Below, in pieces: positions 54,923 to 64,000 of a stretch of DNA of 64,000 bases. This DNA is from Eggerthellaceae bacterium (GTDB lineage: Bacteria > Actinomycetota > Coriobacteriia > Coriobacteriales > Eggerthellaceae), in contig JBGUXY010000053.1 of NCBI GenBank assembly GCA_045118335.1, positions 19,365 through 83,364 of the forward strand, in the 5' to 3' direction. Made by a program: the position numbers and the translations under genes. The stretch's first letter is position 1. Each line of letters opens with the position of its first letter. Under the pieces are notes generated by a model, which was given only the letters and a program-made list of their open reading frames with translations, was not told the DNA's origin and ran no database searches.

Positions 54923-56296
54923 ATGCATTTTATGGAAGGCAAGAAGACATACGACATGGAATCATCGGCGTGCCAGCAACGGATGGCATGCGGTATTTCC
55001 CGCGAATGCGGGGCGTGCCAGCATGTGAACATGCCCTACAAACGTCAGCTGCAGCGAAAGCAGCAGTTCGTCATCGACCTGTTTGCCGATGTGGCCGGTG
55101 CCGATTGCGTCCTCGAGCCCATCTTGGGCATGGACGAGCCGTTTCGGTTCCGCAACAAGATTGCTTCGCCGTTCGCTCCAGGCAAGCGCACCTCTGGTAA
55201 GGGGCAGAATCGCGGTGGCCGCAAGCAGGGTTCTAGCAACGCGAAAGCCCGGGGTAAGAAAACCAGTGCTCAACGCGAGATTCTCTGCGGCATGTACGCG
55301 CAGGGGACGCATCGCATCGTGGAGGTGCCAGAATGCCCCGTTGAGCACGAATGCGGCAGGCGCATCGTCCGAGCGGTGGCGCAGCTCATGCGAAAGTTCG
55401 ACGTCGCCCCATACGACGAGGATGCCGGTACGGGCTTCATGCGCCATGTGGTGGTGCGGGTTGGTCACGAGAGCGGGGAAGTGCTGGTCACGCTGGTCAC
55501 GAACGCAAGCCAGTTTCCCGGTGCGCGCAACTTCGCCCGCGAACTCGTGAAACGCTGCCCAGAGATAACCACCATCGTGCAGAACGTGAACATTAGGCAG
55601 ACTAACGCGATTTTGGGTAATGAGGAGCATGTGATATACGGCCCTGGGTTTATCCTCGACACGTTGTGCGGTTTGAGTTTTCGCATTTCGTCCCATTCGT
55701 TTTACCAGGTGAACGCCGTGCAGACCGAAATCCTCTATCGCGCGGCAGTGGGATGGGCGCTCGATGGCGCATGTGCAGCCACCAACGATGCTCGCGATGG
55801 AGCCACGCCTGTTTCCATCATGGATGCCTACTGCGGCACGGGAACTATTGGGCTGGTGGCAGCGTCCATGCTCGATGATGCTCGTGTGGTAGGGGTGGAC
55901 AAGGTGGAGTCTGCCATCCGGGATGCCCGGCAGAATGCTGCGCATAACGGCATCGAGAACGCCATTTTCGTCGTAGCGGATGCGGGCTCCTACCTTCGTT
56001 CTTGCGCATCGGAAGGCCAGCGTTTCGACGTGCTGCTCATGGATCCGCCAAGAGCTGGGGCAACCGAGGAGTTTTTGCGCGCTGCAGCCGAATCGGGTGT
56101 GGGGCGCATCGTCTACATATCCTGCAATCCACATACGCAGGTACGCGACGTCGCCTTCCTGCAGCAGCTTGGCTATCACCTGGGGCGCATCCAGCCCGTT
56201 GACATGTTTCCCCATACCGACCATGTCGAGACGGTAGTATTGCTATCGCGTGAAAACAAGGGAACGGAAAAATGGTTATCGAAACAAAGCGTTTGA
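54923..56296 (+). CDS. TrmA/RumA-family RNA (uracil-C5)-methyltransferase (RlmCD-like)
   Basis: Track ORF 54842..56296. N-terminal Cys cluster CGACQH. FYQVN, DAYCGTGTIG, LLMDPPRAG, YISCNP, HVETVVLL. The start is ATG 54923 or 54932. Confidence 0.85.
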   Translation: MHFMEGKKTYDMESSACQQRMACGISRECGACQHVNMPYKRQLQRKQQFVIDLFADVAGADCVLEPILGMDEPFRFRNKIASPFAPGKRTSGKGQNRGGRKQGSSNAKARGKKTSAQREILCGMYAQGTHRIVEVPECPVEHECGRRIVRAVAQLMRKFDVAPYDEDAGTGFMRHVVVRVGHESGEVLVTLVTNASQFPGARNFARELVKRCPEITTIVQNVNIRQTNAILGNEEHVIYGPGFILDTLCGLSFRISSHSFYQVNAVQTEILYRAAVGWALDGACAATNDARDGATPVSIMDAYCGTGTIGLVAASMLDDARVVGVDKVESAIRDARQNAAHNGIENAIFVVADAGSYLRSCASEGQRFDVLLMDPPRAGATEEFLRAAAESGVGRIVYISCNPHTQVRDVAFLQQLGYHLGRIQPVDMFPHTDHVETVVLLSRENKGTEKWLSKQSV

Positions 56297-56763
56297 TGAT
56301 ACATGCTGCATCCCAAGACGAGATGGTCCGTTTTATCGAACAGCAGACAGACGAGATTCTCGCAAAAGCATATAGAGAGATGCTACAGGGATGCCTTGAT
56401 CATCCAGATGCCTGGGATTGGTATGCTATTTGGGTTATCGAGCGGAAAGATGGATCTCATGTTGGCGATTTGAGCTTCAAGGGATTCAGCGCAGATGGCT
56501 CAGTTGAAATTGGTTATGGGGTTTCGGAAGAGAATCGGGGAAACGGCTACGCAACAGAAGCAGTTGACGCGGTTGCCGCTTGGGCTTTGAGCCAGCCTGG
56601 CGTTTACCGTGTAGAAGCCGAGACAGCATCAGAAAACAGGGCATCGCAAAGAGTCCTTGAGAAATGTGGCTTCGTTCCATCTGGGATCATGGGTGAAGAA
56701 GGGCCTCGTTTCTTCAAGACATGTGATTCCATCGGAGTTCATGTTCATGGAGAAAACTTATGA
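56272..56763 (+). CDS. GNAT-family N-acetyltransferase (RimJ/RimL-like)
   Basis: IETKRLMI ... EIGYGVSEENRGNGYATEAVDAVAAWA ... ASQRVLEKCGF. It overlaps the methyltransferase 3' end by 25 nt. Confidence 0.8.
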   Translation: MVIETKRLMIHAASQDEMVRFIEQQTDEILAKAYREMLQGCLDHPDAWDWYAIWVIERKDGSHVGDLSFKGFSADGSVEIGYGVSEENRGNGYATEAVDAVAAWALSQPGVYRVEAETASENRASQRVLEKCGFVPSGIMGEEGPRFFKTCDSIGVHVHGENL

Positions 56764-56885
56764 TTAAACCGTGGCGGCCACGATCTCGGGGCTGTCTGAC
56801 TGCGTTTCTGCTGTCGTTTCGTATTGCATACGGTGGCGTTGCGACGGCTGGCTTTGACCCATCGAACCGGGAGTAATGGGATCCC

Positions 56886-58298
56886 ATGAAGCGGATTGCA
56901 ACATACATGCTTGCTATTGCGATGATGGTTGTTCTGATCTCAGGAACAGCTGGCTGTGCTTCCTTTCAGTCTGGGCAATCGGAACAGGCGGAAGCGCATA
57001 TGACGGAAGTGCATGTTGCCGTGTCTGGAAACGACGAATCGGGCAAGGGAACGCAGGACGCACCGTATGCTACCGTTCCCGCTGCCGCAGCGGCAGCACC
57101 CGGCTCGACTATCGTAGTGCATGAAGGGGATTACGGGCCGATTCTGCTTGGTTCGGAATGCTCGGGTACCGAGACGGCTCCTACGGTCATTCGCCCAGCA
57201 GAGAGCGAGAGAGTTGTCATACACGCAGAGGGCGGGACTGGGATCTACCTTGCCAACGTTTGCCATATCTCCATCGAGGGCCTGGAAACGGAGGGGGGCA
57301 CGCATGGTATCGAATACGAAAGCACCCGCGAGGCCGGGGAGCAGCCGCTGCGGGATATCAACATCAGAGACTGCGTCGTGCATGGTGTGCGAGGGGTTCA
57401 TGGCATCTGCGTGTATGCCCGCAACGACCTTGCACCTGTTGAGGACCTGACCATAGAAGGCTGCGAGGTTTATGACTGCGAATGTGGTTCCAGCGAGTCG
57501 ATGGTCCTGAATGGAAACGTCGACGGATTCCTGATTGCTGACAACGTCGTTCACGACAACGACAACATCGGAATCGACATGATCGGCTTCGAGGGAACGG
57601 CGAAGCACCCCGACGAAGATGGTGGTGGTAACGCGTATGAGGTCGATATGGTCCGCAACGGCGTCTGTACTGGCAATGTCGTATATAACATCAGCACCGA
57701 AGGCAATTCGGCCTACTTCGAAGGCGGGGAATACGATCCGAGCGCAGACGGTATCTATGTCGATGGTGGTCAGAACATAGAGATATACGATAATTTCATC
57801 TTCAAGTGCGATATCGGCTTGGAAGTCGCGACAGAGCACAGCCCCGACGATAACGAGCTGTTCCGAGTGTCGGGAGTCAATGTTCACGACAATGTGATTG
57901 CCGACTGTATGGGATGGACGGGCATTTGCTTCGGAGGTTACGACGAGAACCTTGGGTTTACCGAGGACTGCACGTTCGAGCATAACACTCTCGTAGACAA
58001 TGCCACGCAGATTGGGGTGCAGCGCAGCAGGAACAACCGGGTGTCTGCGAACCTCGTCGTCGGCGGAGAGGTCGGCGTTGAATTCAGCGAGGACTGCCGC
58101 GAAGAGGATATGGTCAACGACATCAGCGGAAACGCATTCTGCGAGGTCGAGGATGAGGAAAGTTGTGCTGCCGAATTCGGAGGCACGTACCAGGACAGGG
58201 CAGATGTTTCGGATGGCTTCCGTTCGCTGATAGACGGCGTCGGCTCACGCTTCGTGCCCGACAGGGAAATGATGGAGGCGTATCGCAAGAACGCGTAA
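56886..58298 (+). CDS. Lipoprotein with a right-handed parallel beta-helix (pectin-lyase-fold, DUF1565-like)
   Basis: Lipobox LISGTAGC. VAVSGNDESGKGTQDAPYATV then repeated G/N-rich beta-helix turns (NGNVDGFLIADNVVHDNDNIGID, GNVVYNIS, IYDNFIF, VHDNVIA). Confidence 0.7.
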   Translation: MKRIATYMLAIAMMVVLISGTAGCASFQSGQSEQAEAHMTEVHVAVSGNDESGKGTQDAPYATVPAAAAAAPGSTIVVHEGDYGPILLGSECSGTETAPTVIRPAESERVVIHAEGGTGIYLANVCHISIEGLETEGGTHGIEYESTREAGEQPLRDINIRDCVVHGVRGVHGICVYARNDLAPVEDLTIEGCEVYDCECGSSESMVLNGNVDGFLIADNVVHDNDNIGIDMIGFEGTAKHPDEDGGGNAYEVDMVRNGVCTGNVVYNISTEGNSAYFEGGEYDPSADGIYVDGGQNIEIYDNFIFKCDIGLEVATEHSPDDNELFRVSGVNVHDNVIADCMGWTGICFGGYDENLGFTEDCTFEHNTLVDNATQIGVQRSRNNRVSANLVVGGEVGVEFSEDCREEDMVNDISGNAFCEVEDEESCAAEFGGTYQDRADVSDGFRSLIDGVGSRFVPDREMMEAYRKNA

Positions 58299-58373
58299 CA
58301 AGGTGCAGTTCTTCTTGCGCGAATCTCTCTTCTTGATGCGGCTTGTTCCAGAAGAAGGTTTACCTGGTCTTCT

Positions 58374-58382
58374 TGATATAAT
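58374..58382 (+). promoter_or_regulatory. Extended -10 promoter element (TGATATAAT)
   Basis: TGnTATAAT read directly, about 125 nt upstream of the next lipoprotein gene. Confidence 0.3.
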
Positions 58383-58503
58383 CAATCACAGTGTTGGGAC
58401 ATGATGAAGCGGCAGGAACGAGTAGGGAGCTAGTCGAGGAGATTGACAACGACACCGATGACACAGCTCTTTCGAGAAGGCATCATCCATGTGTAGAGAA
58501 GGG

Positions 58504-59085
58504 ATGAAAATGAAAAAGAGGATCATCATAGCGGCAATTGCCATTGTCACGGCTTTCGTTTTCGCAGCGTGTGGGAGTGATGGCCCTGCCACCGAAGAAG
58601 AGACCACGGCTCCCGTCGCCGAAGAAGAGGAAGCAACTCCCGTCGAGGAAACGGCAAGTCCAGCTCCAACTCCTGAATACACCAACTTCAGCTACGTGGT
58701 GGAAGTATCCAGCGAAACCGGATTCGGAATGAATGTCAACTCGGTTCTGCTCACGCCAGAAGGCGAAGCCGTGATGAGAACCGAAGGGGAGCTTGGCGAG
58801 CAGGTTGGTTGGGAAGTTCAAATCGGCGGTGGTGTTAAAGACATCTATGTCGAGCCGTTTGGAGACGAAGGGCTCTACGCGATCATCATGGTCAAAGAGG
58901 ATGGCACCGTTTCCGAGGTAAACACATCTGCTCTCGTCAACGAGTTGAAGGTGGAGGTGCAAGACAACCTTGGCGGGTACGAAGACGTGCAATCGATTGA
59001 AAGCGTTCAAAGTGCCAATTCGTATTCGATCAATGCCATTTCAAGCGGTGGCGATGAGTTCCCGTTGGATTCGTATTTGAAGTAG
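58504..59085 (+). CDS. Putative lipoprotein, unknown function
   Basis: Track ORF 58489..59085. MKMKKRIIIAAIAIVTAFVFAAC lipobox followed by an acidic E/T/P linker. Confidence 0.65.
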   Translation: MKMKKRIIIAAIAIVTAFVFAACGSDGPATEEETTAPVAEEEEATPVEETASPAPTPEYTNFSYVVEVSSETGFGMNVNSVLLTPEGEAVMRTEGELGEQVGWEVQIGGGVKDIYVEPFGDEGLYAIIMVKEDGTVSEVNTSALVNELKVEVQDNLGGYEDVQSIESVQSANSYSINAISSGGDEFPLDSYLK

Positions 59086-59144
59086 TTAAGGGTCTTTTGC
59101 CGGACTCTGGTTGGATCGAGGGTTTTTGTGAAAGAAGGTTCGAC

Positions 59145-59510
59145 ATGAAAAAGAACATCTTGATGATTCTGATAGCAGCTGTTGCGGTTCTTGCTCTTGG
59201 GGCGCTGACCGCTTGCGGCTCCTCGAATTCGGTTGCAGGATCCTATCACTGCAGACAAGTCGAGCAAGTTAGCCAAATGACCATCGATCAAACGGATGCA
59301 GTAGGAAGCATGTGCTCCCTGAAGCTCAAGAGTAACGGTGATGCGACGATTACCTTGCAAGACAGAACGATCGAAGGAACATGGGAAGAAAGCGGAGACC
59401 AGGTCATCATCAATGGCGGGGAGATGGTTCTGTACAAGGATGATGATGGAGATTTGAGCTTAACGGTCGATGATGATCTTTTCACCTATAAGTACCTATT
59501 CTCGAAGTAA
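59145..59510 (+). CDS. Putative small lipoprotein, unknown function
   Basis: Track ORF 59097..59510. ATG 59145 follows GAAAGAAGG. MKKNILMILIAAVAVLALGALTAC lipobox. Confidence 0.65.
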   Translation: MKKNILMILIAAVAVLALGALTACGSSNSVAGSYHCRQVEQVSQMTIDQTDAVGSMCSLKLKSNGDATITLQDRTIEGTWEESGDQVIINGGEMVLYKDDDGDLSLTVDDDLFTYKYLFSK

Positions 59511-59647
59511 ACGCCTCTTCTCGAACCTGCATTTGCCGGTATGTCGGTAGGCGGCGCTTTCCGGCGAGTCGGGAAGACAGAGCGAAGATCAGCGTTTCTA
59601 AGTAGCTCGACGCAGGAGGATAGCATGCGAGGGGAAAGGGGGCCGAT

Positions 59648-60595
59648 ATGCCCAAAGACCAAATCAGCCGCATCATCGGGGCAACGCCCTTAGTGAAGCT
59701 GGATTGGCTTTCCGACGAGGTGGGCGCGCAGGTGTTCGTGAAGTACGAAGCTGCCAACCCCGGGGCCTCGATCAAGGATCGCGCAGCCCTCACGATGATT
59801 GACGAGGCGGAAGCGGCAGGCATCATCGAGCCCGGCAGGAGCGTGCTCATCGAACCTACGAGTGGAAACACGGGCATCGGCATCGCCATGATAGGCGCTG
59901 CGCGTGGCTATCGCGTGATGTTGGTAATGCCCGAGTCCATGAGCTTGGAGCGGCGCATGCTGGCGGCGGCATACGGTGCCGAGTTAGTGTTGACGCCTGC
60001 AGCAGCGGGCATGAAAGGCGCGGTGGGCAAAGCCGCCGAGTTAGAACGCGATTTGGATGGCGGTTGGATTGTGGGGCAGTTCACGAACCCGAACAATCCG
60101 CTGGCACACGAGCGCACCACTGCTCCCGAAATACGAGAGCAGTTGGGATTCGACCCCGCCTACATCGTGGCAGGTGCCGGTACGGGCGGAACGATTTCCG
60201 GATGCGCCCATTACTTCCGCAAGCTCGGGGCTGACACGCGCTTTTATGCGGTAGAACCCGCGGAAAGCCCCATTATCGGCCAGACGCTGGCAGGGCAGGC
60301 CATCGAGCCAGGTCCGCACGGCATCCAGGGCATTGGGGCGAACTTCATTCCCGAGGTGCTCGATTTGGGCATGCTCGACGGGGCAATTGCCGTAAGGACG
60401 GACGATGCCTTAGCGCAGGCGCGCGATGCTGCCGCGAGAGGCTTGCTCGTGGGCATTTCGTCCGGTGCGAACCTTGCTGGCGTGCGCCAGCTCGTGCGCG
60501 ACCATCCCGAGGTGCGGGGCAAGGTCATCGTCACCTTTGCCGTGGACACAGGTGAGCGCTACCTGAGCACCGCCCTGTTCGAGGGCATGGCTTAG
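59648..60595 (+). CDS. cysK: Cysteine synthase A (O-acetylserine sulfhydrylase)
   Basis: IGATPLVKL, NPGASIKDR (PLP lysine), EPTSGNTGIGIA, GISSGA. Confidence 0.9.
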   Translation: MPKDQISRIIGATPLVKLDWLSDEVGAQVFVKYEAANPGASIKDRAALTMIDEAEAAGIIEPGRSVLIEPTSGNTGIGIAMIGAARGYRVMLVMPESMSLERRMLAAAYGAELVLTPAAAGMKGAVGKAAELERDLDGGWIVGQFTNPNNPLAHERTTAPEIREQLGFDPAYIVAGAGTGGTISGCAHYFRKLGADTRFYAVEPAESPIIGQTLAGQAIEPGPHGIQGIGANFIPEVLDLGMLDGAIAVRTDDALAQARDAAARGLLVGISSGANLAGVRQLVRDHPEVRGKVIVTFAVDTGERYLSTALFEGMA

Positions 60596-60668
60596 GCCTT
60601 CGGGCTTGACGGCGAAAGCACGTTGCTGCGCTATGTAGCGATTTGCGCAGATTGGCGGAGGAGACAAG

Positions 60669-61805
60669 GTGAAAGTATCGAAGAGCGTGGTCGAACGGGC
60701 GGCGGACACCATCGTAGAGCGAGGACTCGCGTCTTCGGATGCGCCGGTGCTGCTGATGGTTTCCGGAGGGTCGGATTCCACAGCGCTTGCCTATATAGCC
60801 TGCGAACTGCATGAACGAGGGGTGGTCGGGCCTGTGGGCGTGATGCACGTGAACCACAACCTCAGGGGCGAAGCATCAGATGGGGATGCGGTGTTCGTAC
60901 AAGAACTTGGCTGCGCCTTGGGCGTGCCGCTGTTTCTCTACGACGTGGACGTGAGTGGCATCGTGCGCGAATCGGGCGACAACTTGGAGGCGGTTGCGCG
61001 ACGCGAGCGCTATTCCGCTGCCGAGGACGCATTGGCGAAGCTGTGCCAACGCGCGGGCGAGCCCGTGAGCCAGGGGCGCATCTTCACGGCTCACACGCGC
61101 AACGACCGGGTAGAGAACTTCTACATGCGATCCATCGTGGGAACGGGCCCCGGGGGTTTTCGCTCGATGCTGTATCTCAATGGCTCCGTTGCTCGTCCAC
61201 TGCTCGATGTCGACAGGGAAGAACTGCGCGATTACTTGCTTCGGCGCTCGCTCGACGCCGATGCGGATTCGGCCGTCGTCTGCCTGCGAGATAATGCTGG
61301 CCACTTGTGGCGGGAAGACGCCACCAATGCGCATACCGACCAGTTTCGCGGATATGTGCGCAACGAGATCGTCCCGTTAGCCCAAGCGCGAAATCCGCGC
61401 CTGTTCGAGACATTGTGCCGGACCATGAACCTCATAGCCGACGAGGACGACATGGTCGAAGCCCAAGCCCAGGCCCTGATCGAGCGCACGGTTCGTTGGG
61501 TCGACGAGGGAGGCGCCGAATGCCCTAGCGATCCCGCTTGTGGCTGCATGGTCAAGCCGGCATTCGGAAAAGAGCCGTTGCCGTTGCAGCGCCGGGCTAT
61601 CTTTTCGGTACTCGAGAGCATATTGGGCTTTGATGCACGTGTGGAAACCCGTAGCGTCGAAGCGGCGCTTGCCGCGTTCGCCGAAGGCAAGCCTGTGAGT
61701 GGGTACACGGCGAACATCCAAGGTGACCTGGCCCTTTCGGCCAACAAGAGGGGTCTTCGCATCGAACCGATGCAAGCCTACCGTCTTCGCCGCAAGAAAA
61801 CCTAG
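60669..61805 (+). CDS. tilS: tRNA(Ile)-lysidine synthase
   Basis: PP-loop LLMVSGGSDSTALAY. GTG 60669 lies 5 nt after GGAGGAG. Synteny with hpt and ftsH. Confidence 0.9.
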   Translation: MKVSKSVVERAADTIVERGLASSDAPVLLMVSGGSDSTALAYIACELHERGVVGPVGVMHVNHNLRGEASDGDAVFVQELGCALGVPLFLYDVDVSGIVRESGDNLEAVARRERYSAAEDALAKLCQRAGEPVSQGRIFTAHTRNDRVENFYMRSIVGTGPGGFRSMLYLNGSVARPLLDVDREELRDYLLRRSLDADADSAVVCLRDNAGHLWREDATNAHTDQFRGYVRNEIVPLAQARNPRLFETLCRTMNLIADEDDMVEAQAQALIERTVRWVDEGGAECPSDPACGCMVKPAFGKEPLPLQRRAIFSVLESILGFDARVETRSVEAALAAFAEGKPVSGYTANIQGDLALSANKRGLRIEPMQAYRLRRKKT

Positions 61806-61922
61806 CAGTGTTGAAAAAGAATCGTTAAACAGGGGCAGGAATAGGAGCGTCGGGGGAAGGCCTTCGTTTTCGGCAGCATGGCGCATGCCAGCAGCACGGC
61901 ATTCCGGGAAAGAGGTAGATGA

Positions 61923-62546
61923 ATGGACGTCATTCTGGCATCGGCGAGCCCGCGGCGGCGGGAGCTGCTCGAGCGCGCAGGCGTGGAGTTCAGGGTGCTG
62001 GTTTCCGATGTGGACGAGACGCTCGACGATGGGCTGCTGGCGGACCCGCACCAAGCGGCACAAGAACTCGCGCAACGCAAAGCAGGTGCGGTGGTGCAGC
62101 AGATCTTGGCGGCCAATCCCGAAAACGAGCAAGTAGTGGTTATCGGCGCCGACACCATGGTTGTGCTCGATGGGCGAATCTTCGGAAAGCCGCACAGCGC
62201 ATCGGAGGGAAAGGGGATGCTGCGCAATCTTTCCGGGCGCACTCATGAGGTGATCACCGGGGTGTCGGTATGGATGGTGGTGGCCGACGACCAAGGCAAC
62301 GTGAACGTGGGTCGCAAGACGTTCGAGGAGACGAGCCTCGTCACGTTTAAGCAGCTCGACGACGATACCATAACCAACTACCTGCGCAAGGGCGAAAGCT
62401 ACGACAAGGCTGGAGCATATGCCATCCAGGGCGAGGGCGCAGCTTTGGTCGAGCGAACCGAAGGCGATTACGACAACATCGTAGGGTTGCCTGTGGGCAG
62501 GCTGCTCGAGCTCTTTCCGGATTTGATTTCTGATGGCAAAAAATGA
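61923..62546 (+). CDS. maf: Maf-family nucleoside triphosphate pyrophosphatase
   Basis: ILASASPRRRELL ... GADTMVVLDGRIFGKP ... KAGAYAIQG. Confidence 0.9.
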   Translation: MDVILASASPRRRELLERAGVEFRVLVSDVDETLDDGLLADPHQAAQELAQRKAGAVVQQILAANPENEQVVVIGADTMVVLDGRIFGKPHSASEGKGMLRNLSGRTHEVITGVSVWMVVADDQGNVNVGRKTFEETSLVTFKQLDDDTITNYLRKGESYDKAGAYAIQGEGAALVERTEGDYDNIVGLPVGRLLELFPDLISDGKK

Positions 62547-62559
62547 AATCTGATTGCCC

Positions 62560-62766
62560 GGCAGGCGGATGGGGAGGCCCCTGCGGGGCATGCGCTGCGC
62601 GGCGCGTCGAACGCGGCCGATGAATCCGGCGAATGGGTCGCGCACGCTTCGCCGAAACATCGCATCCACGGGCGACAGCCTAGACTTGCCGGATTCTTAA
62701 CCGCCGCGTTCTCCTCAGAAGCGCCGCTCCGCGGATGCCCCGCAGGGGCCTCCCCATCCGCCTGCC
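62560..62766. repeat. Perfect 32-bp inverted repeat flanking a 143-bp spacer that is itself partly self-complementary
   Basis: GGCAGGCGGATGGGGAGGCCCCTGCGGGGCAT (62560-62591) is the exact reverse complement of 62735-62766. The inner GAATCCGGC/GCCGGATTC extends the pairing. Confidence 0.85.
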
Positions 62767-62912
62767 TGCCGCCACGTTTGAAACAGCGTGTAAAAAAAGT
62801 GCTTATGGAGTTGCCGTTACCGTATCGTGAATGCGGAAATCGCGCATTTTGATACACTTTAACCTTGCAGAAAAATGCCTGCCTGGTTTCGCGTGCGCGA
62901 ATTCGGGCAAGA

Positions 62913-63476
62913 ATGGGAAGTGAGGCCGTTTTGTCGAACGTTCACGATGATGTTGAACGCATCTTGTTCACGAAAGAACAGCTCGCGCATCGCGTGGAGG
63001 AGCTAGGTCGTCAGATTTCCGATGATTATCGGGGCGAGTCCCTGGTGGTGGTTGGCATCCTGCGTGGTGCGGCCATCTTCATGGGCGACTTGGTTCGCAA
63101 CATCGATTTGCCGTTGGAGATGGATTTCATGATGGTTTCCTCCTACGGCGACAGCACTCAGACGTCTGGCAGGGTTCGCATCGTGCAAGACTTATCCTTG
63201 GACATCTACGACAAGCACGTGATCATTGCCGAAGACGTGTTGGACACGGGCCTCACGCTGCATCACCTCATCGAGCGTTTCGGCGTGTTGAACCCGAAGT
63301 CAATTGCCGTGACCGCACTCATGCGCAAGAACACCCCGAATCAGCTTGATGTGAATTGCCGATACGTAGGTTACGAATGCCCGAACGAATTCATCGTAGG
63401 GTATGGTTTGGACTATGCGCAGAAATATCGCAACCTGCCCTATATCGGCGTATTGAAGCCCGAGATCTACGCATAA
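62913..63476 (+). CDS. hpt: Hypoxanthine phosphoribosyltransferase
   Basis: Track ORF 62865..63476. VVVGILRGAAIFMGDL, PRPP motif VIIAEDVLDTGLTL, GYGLDYAQKYRNLPYIG. The start is uncertain (ATG 62913 or the downstream TTG). Confidence 0.9.
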   Translation: MGSEAVLSNVHDDVERILFTKEQLAHRVEELGRQISDDYRGESLVVVGILRGAAIFMGDLVRNIDLPLEMDFMMVSSYGDSTQTSGRVRIVQDLSLDIYDKHVIIAEDVLDTGLTLHHLIERFGVLNPKSIAVTALMRKNTPNQLDVNCRYVGYECPNEFIVGYGLDYAQKYRNLPYIGVLKPEIYA

Positions 63477-63510
63477 GAAACCCTGCGCGAAGCAGGAAAA
63501 GGAAGCATAC

Positions 63511-64000
63511 ATGCCTCAACAGGACAAAGGACCACAGAACCAGAACCCGCGTACCCCCATTGTGTGGACGTTGATCATGCTCGCGCTTATCGCCGTATTC
63601 GCATTCCAGTTCTCACAGGGGTTGACGCAGGGTGGCGACCAGCCGAAGCAGACGGACACGCTCATCACATCCGATTTCATAGCAGCCGTCAACGATGGCC
63701 GCGTTCAAGAAGTCACGTTCGACGCCAGCTCCGATACCGTGACGGGCACCTATTATCCTGCCGCAACGGTTGGTGGCACGGTCACCGATGCCTACAATGT
63801 CGCCTTCAGCGCCCTGAATTCCGCGTTGAGCATGGATTACACTTCGGACATGGAGCCTATCGACCAGGCAATCGAGTTGCAGGAGCTGAAGAACGAAAAC
63901 CTCGGTGAGCTTCGCAATTACAAGACCACCTGGGTCGGGCAAGATTCGCTCGGCGAACTCATGGCGGCTCATCCGGAAATTCCCTATGACGTGAAGATTC
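63511..64000 (+). CDS. ftsH: ATP-dependent zinc metalloprotease FtsH, N-terminal part (runs off the window, not in the ORF track)
   Basis: ATG 63511 follows GGAAAAGGAAG. The frame is open to the window end by hand translation: MPQQDKGPQNQNPRTPIVWTLIMLALIAVFAFQF (TM1), then ITSDFIAAVNDGRVQEVTFDASSDTVTGTYY (FtsH extracellular-domain pattern). Conserved tilS-hpt-ftsH order. Confidence 0.8.
   Translation, partial: MPQQDKGPQNQNPRTPIVWTLIMLALIAVFAFQFSQGLTQGGDQPKQTDTLITSDFIAAVNDGRVQEVTFDASSDTVTGTYYPAATVGGTVTDAYNVAFSALNSALSMDYTSDMEPIDQAIELQELKNENLGELRNYKTTWVGQDSLGELMAAHPEIPYDVKI

Noticed and set aside
61377-62669. 430-aa minus-strand ORF. Similar long shadow ORFs occur at 35149..36336(-), 17216..18268(-), 24357..25580(+), 28463..29698(+), 54962..56224(-), 47397..48074(-) and 8983..9888(-).
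   Set aside because: Each lies opposite a gene with clear family motifs (tilS/maf, ecfA, glnN, the ABC exporter, the pspA partner, the methyltransferase, hypF, rplM/rpsI) and has shadow-type composition.
62468-62857. 129-aa minus-strand ORF spanning the 32-bp inverted repeat
   Set aside because: Its composition is shadow-like and the ORF is created by the palindromic GC-rich repeat itself. There is no SD and no recognisable motif.
1-64000. CRISPR arrays, rRNA or tRNA genes, transposases, integrases, prophage genes
   Set aside because: None were found on reading the sequence and ORF translations. The only repeats seen are the short ones listed as features.

Overview
This is a 64-kb chromosomal segment of a high-GC Gram-positive-type genome. 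Gene content and synteny (rplM-rpsI, tilS-hpt-ftsH, type III glutamine synthetase, ECF vitamin transporters, hypFCD) suggest an anaerobic actinobacterium, possibly Coriobacteriia, but that is inference only. About 60 protein genes can be supported, mostly housekeeping. They cover methionine and cysteine synthesis (metA, metY, cysK), ribosomal proteins L13 and S9, glnN-type glutamine synthetase, murB, two two-component systems (OmpR-type and LytS/LytTR-type), an MsbA-like ABC exporter and pspA. They also include an FMN riboswitch followed by ribU, a fused ecfA1-A2 and ecfT, plus a moeA-like gene, queT, hypF/C/D, ferritin, an RNA uracil methyltransferase, tilS, maf, hpt and the 5' end of ftsH. 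I saw no rRNA, tRNA, CRISPR array, transposase or integrase. Many long ORFs in the supplied track are antisense shadows typical of high-GC DNA. Two real genes are missing from the track because they run off the window: a large minus-strand gene at 1..~1597 and ftsH at 63511..64000. The most unusual finding is a pair of unlinked paralogous small genes (12024..12242 and 19550..19774). Each encodes a canonical double-glycine (bacteriocin or pheromone type) leader fused to a CX2C-X23-CX2C zinc-ribbon-like core, and no peptidase-domain ABC exporter is present in the window. Other points worth a second look: (1) a YkvI-type membrane domain fused in-frame to a TetR-like regulator domain; (2) three 22-bp-phased direct repeats just downstream of a LytTR regulator gene; (3) a perfect 32-bp inverted repeat between maf and hpt; (4) a heavily structured 300-nt region after rpsI; (5) a gene-poor degenerate stretch with operator-like repeats. 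Start codons were adjusted by eye using Shine-Dalgarno context. GC statements are by eye, and no database search was possible.
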